A stretch of 64,000 bases of DNA from NCBI GenBank assembly GCA_049787175.1, contig JBAQYT010000135.1, forward strand, positions 2,548 through 66,547, written 5' to 3'. Made by a program: the position numbers and the translations under genes. Source of the DNA: Candidatus Acidiferrales bacterium (lineage in GTDB: Bacteria; Acidobacteriota; Terriglobia; Acidiferrales; UBA7541). The notes beneath the pieces are model-generated. The model was not told the DNA's origin, ran no database searches, and was given only the letters and a program-made list of their open reading frames with translations. This document shows, in pieces, positions 18,793 to 28,279 of the stretch. The stretch's first letter is position 1; every line of letters begins with the position of its first letter.

Positions 18793-19035
18793 TTACAGTC
18801 TCCTGCCGATTGCGGGTTGGCCTCGGAGAAGGAAGGTCTTCGGATATTTTCCTTCACCGCAGATTTTGAAGGACCCAAAATCTTTGTACCAAGCACCTTC
18901 TGGCGCATCCGGTTCGGATTCGCGCCACAGTTTCAACGCATACAGGTCCTTCACAGAAATCTTGCGGTCTCGAAGCCGTTCAAACAGATGATCGCGCAAG
19001 GCAGGAGGCAAGCCGGTCCACTGAATCTTGAGCAT
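18793..19035 (-). CDS. 80-aa protein of unknown function, downstream partner of the RHH gene (possible toxin-like component)
   Basis: The ATG immediately follows the TAG of the upstream RHH gene (TAGATG). The sequence is 'MLKIQWTGLPPALRDHLFERLRDRKISVKDLYALKLWRESEPDAPEGAWYKDFGSFKICGEGKYPKTFLL...'. I recognise no family. Confidence 0.5.
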   Translation of the reverse strand: MLKIQWTGLPPALRDHLFERLRDRKISVKDLYALKLWRESEPDAPEGAWYKDFGSFKICGEGKYPKTFLLRGQPAIGRRL

Positions 19036-19293
19036 CTATTCGCCGAACGTCATGCGGGCCAGTTTTTCCTTGATGCGTTTCCGCTCGGTGGGGCTCGGGG
19101 AGGAACTCAACCGGTCTGCGAGTTCAAAGAATCTGCTTTTTTCTGCTTCTCGCGATTCGATGCCGCTTTCGATCAGTTCCACCAGGACGTGGTTTGTGCT
19201 GGTGCGCTGATTCTTGGCGAGCGTTCGAACGCGGCGAGCAAGGCGTGGAGGAAGCGACACGCTCTGACGCATGGGTTTTTCAGTAGTTGCCAT
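19036..19293 (-). CDS. Ribbon-helix-helix (CopG/Arc-like) DNA-binding protein, antitoxin-like
   Basis: 'MRQSVSLPPRLARRVRTLAKNQRTSTNHVLVELIESGIE' is a typical RHH beta-strand/helix/helix N-terminus. I chose the start at 19293 ('MATTEKP'). The longer track ORF (to 19497) has no support. Confidence 0.7.
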   Translation of the reverse strand: MATTEKPMRQSVSLPPRLARRVRTLAKNQRTSTNHVLVELIESGIESREAEKSRFFELADRLSSSPSPTERKRIKEKLARMTFGE

Positions 19294-19299
19294 GAAGAA

Positions 19300-19343
19300 A
19301 GTATACACCATAATGCACCATTTCGCACCATGGAGCGTGGTGA
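19300..19343 (-). promoter_or_regulatory. Leaderless-type promoter (-10 TATACT) overlapped by three 10-bp-phased CACCAT repeats plus an inverted copy (putative RHH operator)
   Basis: On the plus strand CACCAT occurs at 19306-11, 19316-21 and 19326-31, with GTGGTG at 19337-42. On the minus strand TATACT (19300-19305) ends 6 nt before the ATG, so the predicted +1 is the A of the ATG. Confidence 0.5.
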
Positions 19344-19520
19344 ACACGTCCATAAAGGAGCCGAGGCAAACTCTGGATGGACACCTGGCGTTCCGCCACA
19401 GGCTGAGCATGTTTCGCAGGAATTGGCTTCGCGGCGCGGCGGTGTGGCAATTTTGAGGCGCGGGCTCGATGTCTTGGTGCAGAATAGGCGCGGGCAAAAA
19501 TTGATGCTAGGGAGGATGGC

Positions 19521-20222
19521 ATGAGAGATCACACGGGGGTTCTTATGCGGGAGAGACGCGTCATTGTTGGAATGATCTTCGGGTTTTTGTTTGGCGCGAT
19601 GGTGATGGTTGCTGGAACAGCATTGGCACAGCATGGAGGGGCGAATGGCGTGGGACAACCCACTGCGGCATCAGCGCCGAGTGCTGCGAATCAGACGGAC
19701 GCGGCGTACGCGTTGCTGACAGAATTTAAGAACGAAGGCGGGCAAATGGGCGGGCAGCGGGGCGCGGGGCCAAGCGACGCGGAGCACGCGTCGCTGGCGA
19801 AACTGGCTGGGGAGTATGACCGGGTCATAAAATTCCTGGGGCAGACGGGGGCGACGGCACAGCCGTCGTCGGGCACATGCACGTTTTCCGTCGAGCTTGG
19901 CGGCAGGTTCGTCGTCGAGAAGAGCCATGATGTGGTGTTTGGGCGGCCGGTGGACGGGCTGCGGATATATGGGTACAACGACGGGACGAAACAGTATGAA
20001 ATGGCGCGGATGTACACGATGTCGAACGGCATCACGTTGATGAAGGGCACGAGCAGCGACGGCGGGAAGACGATTGAGTTTAGCGCGGAGGCAAGCAAGA
20101 TGCCGCTGCGCGCGAGATTTGAGCGCGTGAATGACGATCAGTTCAGTGTGACGATGTCGACGACGGATGCGAATGGGAAGGACATGCCGTTTCAGGAAAC
20201 TGATTACACACGAAAGAAGTAA
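19521..20222 (+). CDS. Secreted protein, DUF1579-like
   Basis: GGAGGA RBS. TM/signal segment 'VIVGMIFGFLFGAMVMVAGTALA'. The C-terminal ~140 aa has the pattern seen in DUF1579 ('...LGGRFVV...FGRPVDGLRIYGYNDGTKQYEM...'). The family assignment is from memory only. Confidence 0.5.
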   Translation: MRDHTGVLMRERRVIVGMIFGFLFGAMVMVAGTALAQHGGANGVGQPTAASAPSAANQTDAAYALLTEFKNEGGQMGGQRGAGPSDAEHASLAKLAGEYDRVIKFLGQTGATAQPSSGTCTFSVELGGRFVVEKSHDVVFGRPVDGLRIYGYNDGTKQYEMARMYTMSNGITLMKGTSSDGGKTIEFSAEASKMPLRARFERVNDDQFSVTMSTTDANGKDMPFQETDYTRKK

Positions 20223-20440
20223 TTTGTGGTGACAGCGGCAAAAACCGCAGAGTTGCGGGCAAACAAGGACCTGCTTTACATAAGTGCAAAAACCGCTGCG
20301 AAATCGTTTGCCCATCGTGCTGGGGGATGGCGGCAATACATCGCGCAGATGAGGCGCGCGAAAGGAAAGAGACTTTCAAATCCAGTTGCTGGCATGGTTG
20401 CGCTTCATTCCTTAGGATAAGAAGTCACGCCCTGACGAAA

Positions 20441-20710
20441 CGACCACGCTGGTCGCATCTTCGCTCGGAATGGCAACGCAACCCCCCCCTTTGCAAAAAG
20501 GGCGAAGGATGGGGCACCCGCGCAAAGCAAATCACTTGCTAGGCGGATGTGCGGCGATGTCGGCCTGAGACCGACGCTACAAGGCAAGGGCGCACAGGCT
20601 AAGAGCCTGTGCCACAGAAGGGGAATGAGACGGGCGACCCGAGGGTCGCCCCTACGAGGCAAAGACCGACCCTTCGCGCCGTTGTTTAGGTGGGGGCGCG
20701 AAGGATGGGG
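20441..20710. repeat. Hairpin-dense intergenic repeat tract (REP/MITE-like)
   Basis: At least seven stem-loops. They are 20441-55 (6 bp), 20487-502 (6 bp, GCAA loop), 20526-40 (5 bp), 20559-75 (5 bp), 20592-612 (9 bp), 20632-51 (8-9 bp) and 20671-704 (10 bp). The 13-nt direct repeat GCGAAGGATGGGG occurs at 20502-14 and 20698-710. Confidence 0.55.
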
Positions 20711-20863
20711 AGGCCGCGAAGACTGAAGCAAAGCAGATCCCTCACACCGTTCGCAGAGATGGCGACCGGATTCCCTTCGCCACGACACTCAGGGCAGGCG
20801 GGATGACAACGTAAAACTGGGCGGATCCAGGCGCGGTCGGTGCGCGGCGGCCAGCGGGGCGAC

Positions 20864-21172
20864 CTACTTCATGAGTTCCTGCAAAAACTGATCGGAGTGC
20901 ATGAACACGGCAAAGTGCCCCCGGTTGATGGTTATAAAGGCCTTGTGGGGCGCCTTGATGGAGGCGAGGTAAAGCAGCGATGCCCGCTGCGCCATTCGCA
21001 TCAGGTCGGAACGACTGACCAAGCCTGGCAAGCCATGGAGAAAGCCAATGAAGCGACCTACGGCAAAGGTAAAACTGCCGCTCACTGATCGACCACAAGA
21101 CAAGAGAGAAAGCAGTCCTACACGCTGTTCAACGGCCCAGTAGAAGTTGCTGGGAGGAAGAATAAACGCCAT
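20864..21172 (-). CDS. Small ORF resembling only the C-terminal end of an alpha/beta-hydrolase (possible gene remnant)
   Basis: The tail '...INRGHFAVFMHSDQFLQELMK' looks like the catalytic-His region and C-terminus of alpha/beta-fold hydrolases, but there is no nucleophile elbow in the 102 aa. It adjoins the repeat tract. Confidence 0.3.
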   Translation of the reverse strand: MAFILPPSNFYWAVEQRVGLLSLLSCGRSVSGSFTFAVGRFIGFLHGLPGLVSRSDLMRMAQRASLLYLASIKAPHKAFITINRGHFAVFMHSDQFLQELMK

Positions 21173-21576
21173 GGTGCGCTAGGACTGGCGGGTGCGTCGA
21201 TTCGTAAGGGATGGACTGTAAAGGATTTAGGCGATTAAGGGAGCGGCAAAATACGTGCAAGAGGGGATTGCGTGAGGGGCGTAAGGGCGCAATCATGCAG
21301 TGCGGCGGAGGTCACCGAACATTCAGCAGAGGCATCAGAGGCAGAATCAGGTTTTCGATATTCCCACAGGCCCGTTTCGGAACAGGTTTGAAAAAAACGA
21401 GCAGAGAAGCATCGGTCGTTGTTCAAGGGCTCGTCCGGGTATTCGGCCGAGCTTTTCCGCTATTCTCCTAGCTTCCTTTGCATCTCGCGCTGGCCGGTTT
21501 GCCAGAGCCCTCCCGGGCGGCGCAAGCATTGCTCCCGTAGCTCCCGAGGAAGATTTATACTTGCAGTTGACCTCGT

Positions 21577-23454
21577 ATGGCCTTGGAAAACGGGGGCCAG
21601 CATATGGATAGCGCCAACCAAAAAGCGAAACAGGCGACGGTGGAGTCTGCGCCTGCTCCCACGCTGCGCGAGCGGCTGAAAGCGCTGCACAACGTGCCTC
21701 CGGTGCTGCACATGATTTGGGAGGCGGCACCGCGCTCGGTTTTCTGCGGAGTGCTGTTTCGCGTGCTGATCGCGGTGATCCCCGCGGCCGTGCTGGTCGT
21801 AACGAAATACATCATTGATGCGCTGGTCCGATACACCAACCACACAGCGACGCTTCCGCATTATTTCTGGTGGCTGGTCGGGGCGGAATTTGCGCTGGCG
21901 TGCCTGGCGATGATTTTTTCGCGCGTCGCGGATTTTTGCGAGACGGTGGTCGCGGATCTATTCACGCGTTATATCGGCAAGCGAATCATGGAGCACGCTT
22001 CGCGATTGGATTTGACATCGTACGAAGATTCGATCGTGTACGACAAGATGGATCGCGCGCGGGTGCAAGGCACGGATCGCGTGGCCATGATTCGGGCGAT
22101 GGGGCAGTTGCTCCAGCAGGTGATTACGACGATTACGCTGGCGATCCAGGTGGCGTTCTATGCGCCGTGGATTTTGGCGATTCTGTTTATCGCGGTGCTG
22201 CCGGCGTTTTTGGGCGAGACGCACTTTTCCTTTTTGGGCTATTCGCTGAATTTCAGCCAGACGCGCGCGCGGCGCGAGATGGATTACTTACGAATCGTCG
22301 GCGGCAGCAAGGAAAGCATCAAGGAACTGAAACTTTTTGGCCTGGGGCCGTTTTTCGTAAACCGCTACACGACGATCACCGATGAGCTCCACGCGCAAAC
22401 GGTGGCGCTGGCGCGGCGCAAACTGATCGCCGGCACGCTCTTGACGGTGCTCGGAACGGTTGGATATTACGGAACGTACGCGTACGTGATCTACGAAACG
22501 GTTTTAGGAGTGTTCAGCATCGGCACGTTGACATTGCTGACCGGCGCGATTGCGGGCGCCAGCACAAACATTCAAGCGGTGTTCACGACGTTCTCCGGAA
22601 TTGCGGATCAAGCGCTGTTCATGACCGACCTGCTGGAATTTTTTGCGGTGCGGCCGATCGTTTTTTCGAAGCCGAACGCGCTGCCAGTGCCGCGCCCGAT
22701 CCGGCAGGGATTCGAGTTCAAGAATGTTTCGTTTTCCTATCCCGGCCATTCACGGGTGGTGCTGGGAAACGTAAGCTTCCGGCTGGAACCGGGCGAACGG
22801 ATCGCGCTGGTCGGAGAAAACGGGCAAGGGAAGACAACCATCGTGAAGCTGCTGGTGCGTTTGTATGACGTGACGTCGGGGCAGATCCTGCTGGATGGAG
22901 TGGACCTCCGCGAATATGACCTTGAGGATGTGTGGAAAGAAGTCGGGGTGATTTTTCAGGATTTCGTGCGCTACGAGATGAGCGCAGCGCATAACATCGC
23001 GATGGGGCGGATCGATGAACGCCAAAACGAGGAGAGTATCCGAGCCGCTGCGGAGAAAAGCCTGGCGGACCAAGTGATTAGCAGGCTTCCGAAAAAATAC
23101 GAACAAATTCTGGGATCGCGGTTCGAAGGCGGCGTGGATCTCTCCGGCGGCGAATGGCAAAAAATGGCGCTCGCGCGCGCCTACCTTCGGGACGCGCAGT
23201 TGCTGATCCTTGATGAGCCTACGGCGTCGCTGGATGCGCGCTCCGAGCATGAAGTGTTTCAGCGTTTCGCGGAGCTGACCGAAGGCAAGATGTCTCTTTT
23301 GATTTCTCACCGTTTTTCCACCGTGCGCATGGCTAATCGCATTTTGGTTCTCGAAAATGGCAGGATCGCCGAGCAGGGCGCCCATGATGAGCTGCTCAAG
23401 AACGGCGGACGGTATGCAGAAATGTTTGAGATGCAAGCGGCAAATTATCGATGA
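21577..23454 (+). CDS. ABC exporter, fused permease-ATPase (MsbA/NdvA(ChvA)-type)
   Basis: Six-TM N-terminal domain, then Walker A 'GENGQGKTT', signature 'LSGGEWQKMALARA' and Walker B 'LLILDEPT'. An alternative start is ATG 21604. Confidence 0.9.
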   Translation: MALENGGQHMDSANQKAKQATVESAPAPTLRERLKALHNVPPVLHMIWEAAPRSVFCGVLFRVLIAVIPAAVLVVTKYIIDALVRYTNHTATLPHYFWWLVGAEFALACLAMIFSRVADFCETVVADLFTRYIGKRIMEHASRLDLTSYEDSIVYDKMDRARVQGTDRVAMIRAMGQLLQQVITTITLAIQVAFYAPWILAILFIAVLPAFLGETHFSFLGYSLNFSQTRARREMDYLRIVGGSKESIKELKLFGLGPFFVNRYTTITDELHAQTVALARRKLIAGTLLTVLGTVGYYGTYAYVIYETVLGVFSIGTLTLLTGAIAGASTNIQAVFTTFSGIADQALFMTDLLEFFAVRPIVFSKPNALPVPRPIRQGFEFKNVSFSYPGHSRVVLGNVSFRLEPGERIALVGENGQGKTTIVKLLVRLYDVTSGQILLDGVDLREYDLEDVWKEVGVIFQDFVRYEMSAAHNIAMGRIDERQNEESIRAAAEKSLADQVISRLPKKYEQILGSRFEGGVDLSGGEWQKMALARAYLRDAQLLILDEPTASLDARSEHEVFQRFAELTEGKMSLLISHRFSTVRMANRILVLENGRIAEQGAHDELLKNGGRYAEMFEMQAANYR

Positions 23455-23490
23455 AACTGCCGTCGATGAAAGCGTGAGGCCTGTTCACAA

Positions 23491-26400
23491 ATGGCGACAC
23501 CGAATCCGTCACTCATAAATACCGGGCCGGACCCTATTGCACCGGCGAACTGCGAGGAAGCTGCTCGTAAGAAAGATGTGGCAAGCGAAAAACGCGCGGC
23601 CACGCTGAGCAAGCTTCGCTCGAGGGCGCTCGAAATTGGCGCGGAGCAGCGCATTTCGGAAGCAAAAGGGAGCGCTCTGCCGCTCGAAGCAAAACTGCAA
23701 GACGCTGCTGACTCCATTGACAAAGCTTTCGAACAACTGCAATTGCTCGCCAGCGCCGGAACGCGGTTGTTCGGCGTGCAGCGGCAGCTCTTTGAGAGTG
23801 CAGACATTGTGCGGATGGCGCTGCAAAATGCGCGAGGCAGCTTGAAGAAAGCAGAACTCGTTCCGCAAGTTGCCACGGCGGACGGCGAGACTGTGCCGCG
23901 CGCCTATGCGGCGATCGAGAAGTTCTTCGAAGCGATCGATTATGATTTCGATTCGGAGAAGTTCTCGGTTTTCTTCCGGGCGTTCCAGGAAAAGGATCCG
24001 CTGCGATTTGCCGAGGACTGGCTTCTGATTGCCTTTGCCCAACTGCTGCTCCTCGATCGCATCCGCCGCACGATCGAGCGGCTGCCGTTGCCGACGAATG
24101 GTTCGAATGCGGCCCATGCACCTGAGACAGAAAACAGCGTTTTGATGGGGACGCTGATCACGAGTCTGCGCCGGATCAGCGAGTTCGAGCCGGAGGAAAT
24201 TATCGGCGCGGTCAGCGAAATCGACAGAGTGTTGAGGGCGGATCCTGCAAAAGCGTACGCCCGGATGGATTTTGAAAGCCGCGAGGCGTATTGCCGGGCG
24301 GTCGCGGAATTGGCCGCGCAATCTCCCGCGAGTGAGCGCGAAGTGGCGGAAAAGGCGGTCGAGCTTGCCGGCGCGCCGCCGGCGGCCGCGACAAGAAGAG
24401 GCGTGGAACGAAGATCGCACGTGGGATTTTACGTGATCCGCGAAGGACGGAAGATTCTCGGCGAGGCCATCGGGTATCGCGCGGCGTGGCACACACGCCT
24501 GCGTACAGGCCTGCTGCGGTCCGCCGATTTGATTTATCTGATGGGAATTGAACTCGCAACGATGGGTGTGATTGCGTTAGCGCTTGTAGCGGCTCACGGC
24601 AGATTGCCGGGTTCCGTGGAACTGCTGCTATTCCTGCTGCCGGCGCTGGAATGCGCTGTGGCGACAGTAAACATTCTGTCGACGCAGTTCGTTTCTCCGA
24701 GGGCGCTGCCGAAGATGGATTTTTCCAAGGGCATTGCGGAAGAGTGCGCCACAGTGGTTGCGATTCCGACGCTGCTGATCAGCGAGGAACAGACCCGGAA
24801 GATGGTGAATGATCTAGAAGTGCGTTACTTAGCGAATCGCGATCGAAATCTTTACTTTGCGTTGATCACCGACCCGCCGGATTCCGTGAAGCAATTCGAT
24901 GAGAAGGATCAGTTAGCGCCGTTGTGCGCGGGGTTGGTCAAGAAGCTGAATGAGAAATATGCGGAGGAAGGCCGAGATTCGTTTTTTCATTTTCATCGGA
25001 ACCGCGTCTACAACGCGACGGAAAAAATGTGGATGGGGTGGGAAAGGAAGCGCGGCAAACTTCTGGACTTCAATCGGCTGTTGCTGGGACAGGAAAACAG
25101 CTTCACGCTGAAGACGGGCGATCTTTCCGTTCCGTCGAAAATCAAGTACGTGATCACACTCGACGCGGACACGCAATTGCCGCGCGATTCGGCGCGCAAG
25201 CTGGTTGGCGCGCTGGCGCATCCGTTGAACCGCGCGGTCATCGATCCGGCGACGAACAAAGTGGTGGAGGGCTACGGCATTCTGCAGCCGAGAGTGGAAA
25301 TCAGCATCCACTCGGCGGCGCGCTCGCGGCTGGCAGCAATTTTTTCAGGGGACACGGGATTCGATATCTATGCCAGAGCCGTTTCCGACGTCTATCAGGA
25401 TCTTTTTGGGGAAGGGATTTTCACCGGCAAAGGCATATACGAAGTGGAGATATTTCAGCAGGCGCTGGAGCATCGATTCCCGATCAATTCGCTGCTGAGC
25501 CACGATCTGATTGAAGGGGCGTACGCGCGGGCGGGTTTGCTCTCCGATGTTGAAGTTGTGGATGATTACCCATCGCACTTCAGCGCTTACAGCCGGCGCA
25601 AGCATCGCTGGGTGCGCGGCGACTGGCAAATTATTTTGTGGCTGTTGCCGCGCGTGCCGGACTATTTCGGCAAGATCGTGCGCAATCCGCTGAGCCTGCT
25701 GTCGCGGTGGGAAATCATCGATAACCTTCGGCGGAGCGTCACAGAATTCGCGACATTCGTTCTGCTGCTCGGAATCTGGTTATTTTTCCCCGGAAATATC
25801 GTGTATTGGACGCTTGCCGCTTTGGCGGTGATCGCGTTCCCCACGTATTTTCAGTTTTTTGTTTCGATTGCGCGGGGCGGCGCGGCGCGGTTCACGACGG
25901 CGTTTTGGGCGAACTTCGCCGCGGATTTTGCCAGTGCGAATGAGCGGCTCTTTTTCCGCATAACGTTCCTGTGTCATCAAGGGTTTGTCACCATGGATGC
26001 GGTGGTGCGGACAGTGATACGCGTGGCGATCACGCGCCGGCGGATGCTGGAGTGGGAAACGGCCGCCGAAGTGGAGATCGCCGCGAATAAGAAGAAATCG
26101 CCGGTAGAAACTTATCTGGAGTGGATGCCGCTGCTTTCTTTTGGCATCGCGGTGGTCATCGCGGCGTTCCGGCCCACATCTCTTCTGATTGCGCTGCCGT
26201 TTCTGGCGCTGTGGGCGTCATCGAAACCCATTTGCCATTGGTTGAATCGGCCGGGCCGCTCCGGAGTGACGCCGCTCGGGGCGAAGGATCGCGTCCTGCT
26301 GCGCGGCGCTGCGCTGCGAACGTGGCGTTTTTTCCGCCAGTACAGCACCGCGGAGGAGAATTGGCTGATCCCGGACATTGTGCAAGAGGCCGCGCCGTTC

Positions 26401-28242
26401 GCGGCCCATCAGATATCCACGACCAATCTGGGATTCCTGTTGAATGCCAGGCTGGCGGCGTACGACCTGGGCTTTGTAACTTTGCGCGAGTTCATAACCA
26501 CCACGCAAAAAACATTCGAAACAATGGGGCGCATGGCGAAATCCAACGGGCATTTGTACAACTGGTATAACACGCGGACGCTCGAGCCCTTAACGCCGCG
26601 ATTCATTTCGACGGTGGACAACGGGAACTTGGTTTGCTGCCTTTGGACGCTAAAGCATGGCTGCCTGGAGGCGAGAGAGGCCCCTATTTTTCAGGAAGCT
26701 CTATGGCGAGGACTCGAAGACCATCTTGACTTGGCCGCGGAATTTCTTCCCAAGGAGCGGAAGAATGAACGAATCGCGGCGCGCATCGAGGAAATGAAGC
26801 TGAGGACCCGCTCAAAGGCGAGCGGCGACGCAACGTGGCTGGAGGTGGTTCGCGGGCTGGAAGTGGATGTGGCGATGCTCGAAATGGAGCTATCCGAGGC
26901 GGGAGTCGGCGAGGAAGGCCGGTGGTGGGTGCACGAGCTGTCTTTGCGGCTGCATCATCTGGGAAAAATGGTGCAGGACTTTACGCCGTGGCTTTTGCCG
27001 GAAGTCGCCAAGTATTTGCGGGCTTTCGAAATTCCCCACGATGCGTCGATCAGCGGCCTCACGCTGCAGTCGGCATTGAGAGCAAACGCTGCTCTGCAAG
27101 AGCGACTGAAGGAATTTTTGGCGCAGCCGGAACTCGACGCCGAGACGCGCATGATGGCGGAGTCGGTTGGGACCCGGCTGGCAAGCGCGGAAGAGATTTG
27201 CCGGGAGGTCAGCGAGAGCCTGGAGAGCATCGCGGCGGTTGCGGAAGAGTTGGCGAAAGGAATGGATTTTGGCTTTTTCTACAATAAGCGCAAGAAAGCG
27301 ATGTCCATCGGCTATGACGTGGAGCATGGCTGCTTGATGGATTATTACTATGACGTATTTGCGTCGGAGGCGCGCGCGGCGGTATTCGTAGCCGTGGCGA
27401 AGGGCGAAATTCCGCAGGAGACGTGGCTCCATCTCCGACGGCCGCATGCGCTGTACAAACGGACTCGCGTGATTCTTTCTTGGACCGGAACGATGTTCGA
27501 ATATCTGCTGCCGGCGTTGTGGATGAGGAGCTATCCCAACACAATTTTTGAGCGGAGCGGTCAGGGCGCAGTGCGGGCGCAGCAAAATTTCACGCGCAAG
27601 ACGTCGGTGCCGTGGGGCATATCGGAGAGCTCGTGCATCGATAAGAATCCAGATGGCTTCTATCGTTATCACGCGTTTGGAGTGCCAGGGCTGGCGATGA
27701 ACCAGGCGAGCTCGCCGGATCTGGTAATATCGCCGTATTCCACATTCCTTGGCTTGCTGGTGGACGCGGCGGGCGCGGCGAAAAATCTGCAACGGATGAA
27801 AGAAATGGGCTGGCTGGGTGCGTATGGATTTTTCGAATCGGCAGACTTTACAACTTCGCGCGTGGGCGAAGGGGAACAGTATGAGCTGGTGCACTGCTGG
27901 ATGGCGCATCACCAAGGGATGAGCTTGGTAGCCGTGGTGAATGTGCTGTGCGACGCGCCGATGCAAAGGCGTTTCCACGCAGAACCGCTGGTGGAGGCTA
28001 CGGAGCGGCTGCTGCACGAAAAATTCCCGCGAATGTGGAAGCTCGAGAAAGTTGACAAGGCGGTAGTCGACGCCCACGCGTTATTGAGCATCGAGCAGAA
28101 GCAGCGGCTCGCGGAGTCTTCGTCGCTGCACGGGCACGTGAGCGTACCAGGCGCGGAGGGTGCGGAACCTGCGCGGGCGCCCGTTGCGGCAGCCAGTTCG
28201 ACGGCGAAGCTTGCCGCCGACCACCATCGCAGCGATACGTAA
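23491..28242 (+). CDS. Cyclic beta-1,2-glucan synthase-like protein: GT84 glycosyltransferase domain plus (alpha/alpha)6 'cyclization'-type domain, without the GH94 phosphorylase domain
   Basis: 'ITLDADTQLPRDSARKLVGALAHPLNRAVID', 'GYGILQPRV', 'HDLIEGAYARAGLLSDVEVVDDYP' and 'RRKHRWVRGDWQI' match the Cgs/NdvB/ChvB GT84 core. 'NGHLYNWYNTRTLEPLTPRFISTVDNGNL' and 'WMAHHQGMSL' match the region downstream of it. The ORF ends at 1583 aa, whereas Cgs proteins are about 2800 aa. Confidence 0.8.
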   Translation: MATPNPSLINTGPDPIAPANCEEAARKKDVASEKRAATLSKLRSRALEIGAEQRISEAKGSALPLEAKLQDAADSIDKAFEQLQLLASAGTRLFGVQRQLFESADIVRMALQNARGSLKKAELVPQVATADGETVPRAYAAIEKFFEAIDYDFDSEKFSVFFRAFQEKDPLRFAEDWLLIAFAQLLLLDRIRRTIERLPLPTNGSNAAHAPETENSVLMGTLITSLRRISEFEPEEIIGAVSEIDRVLRADPAKAYARMDFESREAYCRAVAELAAQSPASEREVAEKAVELAGAPPAAATRRGVERRSHVGFYVIREGRKILGEAIGYRAAWHTRLRTGLLRSADLIYLMGIELATMGVIALALVAAHGRLPGSVELLLFLLPALECAVATVNILSTQFVSPRALPKMDFSKGIAEECATVVAIPTLLISEEQTRKMVNDLEVRYLANRDRNLYFALITDPPDSVKQFDEKDQLAPLCAGLVKKLNEKYAEEGRDSFFHFHRNRVYNATEKMWMGWERKRGKLLDFNRLLLGQENSFTLKTGDLSVPSKIKYVITLDADTQLPRDSARKLVGALAHPLNRAVIDPATNKVVEGYGILQPRVEISIHSAARSRLAAIFSGDTGFDIYARAVSDVYQDLFGEGIFTGKGIYEVEIFQQALEHRFPINSLLSHDLIEGAYARAGLLSDVEVVDDYPSHFSAYSRRKHRWVRGDWQIILWLLPRVPDYFGKIVRNPLSLLSRWEIIDNLRRSVTEFATFVLLLGIWLFFPGNIVYWTLAALAVIAFPTYFQFFVSIARGGAARFTTAFWANFAADFASANERLFFRITFLCHQGFVTMDAVVRTVIRVAITRRRMLEWETAAEVEIAANKKKSPVETYLEWMPLLSFGIAVVIAAFRPTSLLIALPFLALWASSKPICHWLNRPGRSGVTPLGAKDRVLLRGAALRTWRFFRQYSTAEENWLIPDIVQEAAPFAAHQISTTNLGFLLNARLAAYDLGFVTLREFITTTQKTFETMGRMAKSNGHLYNWYNTRTLEPLTPRFISTVDNGNLVCCLWTLKHGCLEAREAPIFQEALWRGLEDHLDLAAEFLPKERKNERIAARIEEMKLRTRSKASGDATWLEVVRGLEVDVAMLEMELSEAGVGEEGRWWVHELSLRLHHLGKMVQDFTPWLLPEVAKYLRAFEIPHDASISGLTLQSALRANAALQERLKEFLAQPELDAETRMMAESVGTRLASAEEICREVSESLESIAAVAEELAKGMDFGFFYNKRKKAMSIGYDVEHGCLMDYYYDVFASEARAAVFVAVAKGEIPQETWLHLRRPHALYKRTRVILSWTGTMFEYLLPALWMRSYPNTIFERSGQGAVRAQQNFTRKTSVPWGISESSCIDKNPDGFYRYHAFGVPGLAMNQASSPDLVISPYSTFLGLLVDAAGAAKNLQRMKEMGWLGAYGFFESADFTTSRVGEGEQYELVHCWMAHHQGMSLVAVVNVLCDAPMQRRFHAEPLVEATERLLHEKFPRMWKLEKVDKAVVDAHALLSIEQKQRLAESSSLHGHVSVPGAEGAEPARAPVAAASSTAKLAADHHRSDT

Positions 28243-28279
28243 TCGGAAGTGATTGAGTTTTTTATTCCGCTGAGTGAGA

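Noticed and set aside
20441-20710. Considered the hairpin tract as a CRISPR array
   Set aside because: The stems all differ in sequence and spacing. There is no constant 25-40-nt repeat unit alternating with spacers, and no cas genes are in the window.
23509-28077. Several long minus-strand ORFs (23509..24492, 26890..28077 and others) within the glucan-synthase gene
   Set aside because: They are shadow frames opposite a 1583-aa ORF with strong GT84 motifs. They have no recognisable domains and an extreme Arg/Pro bias.
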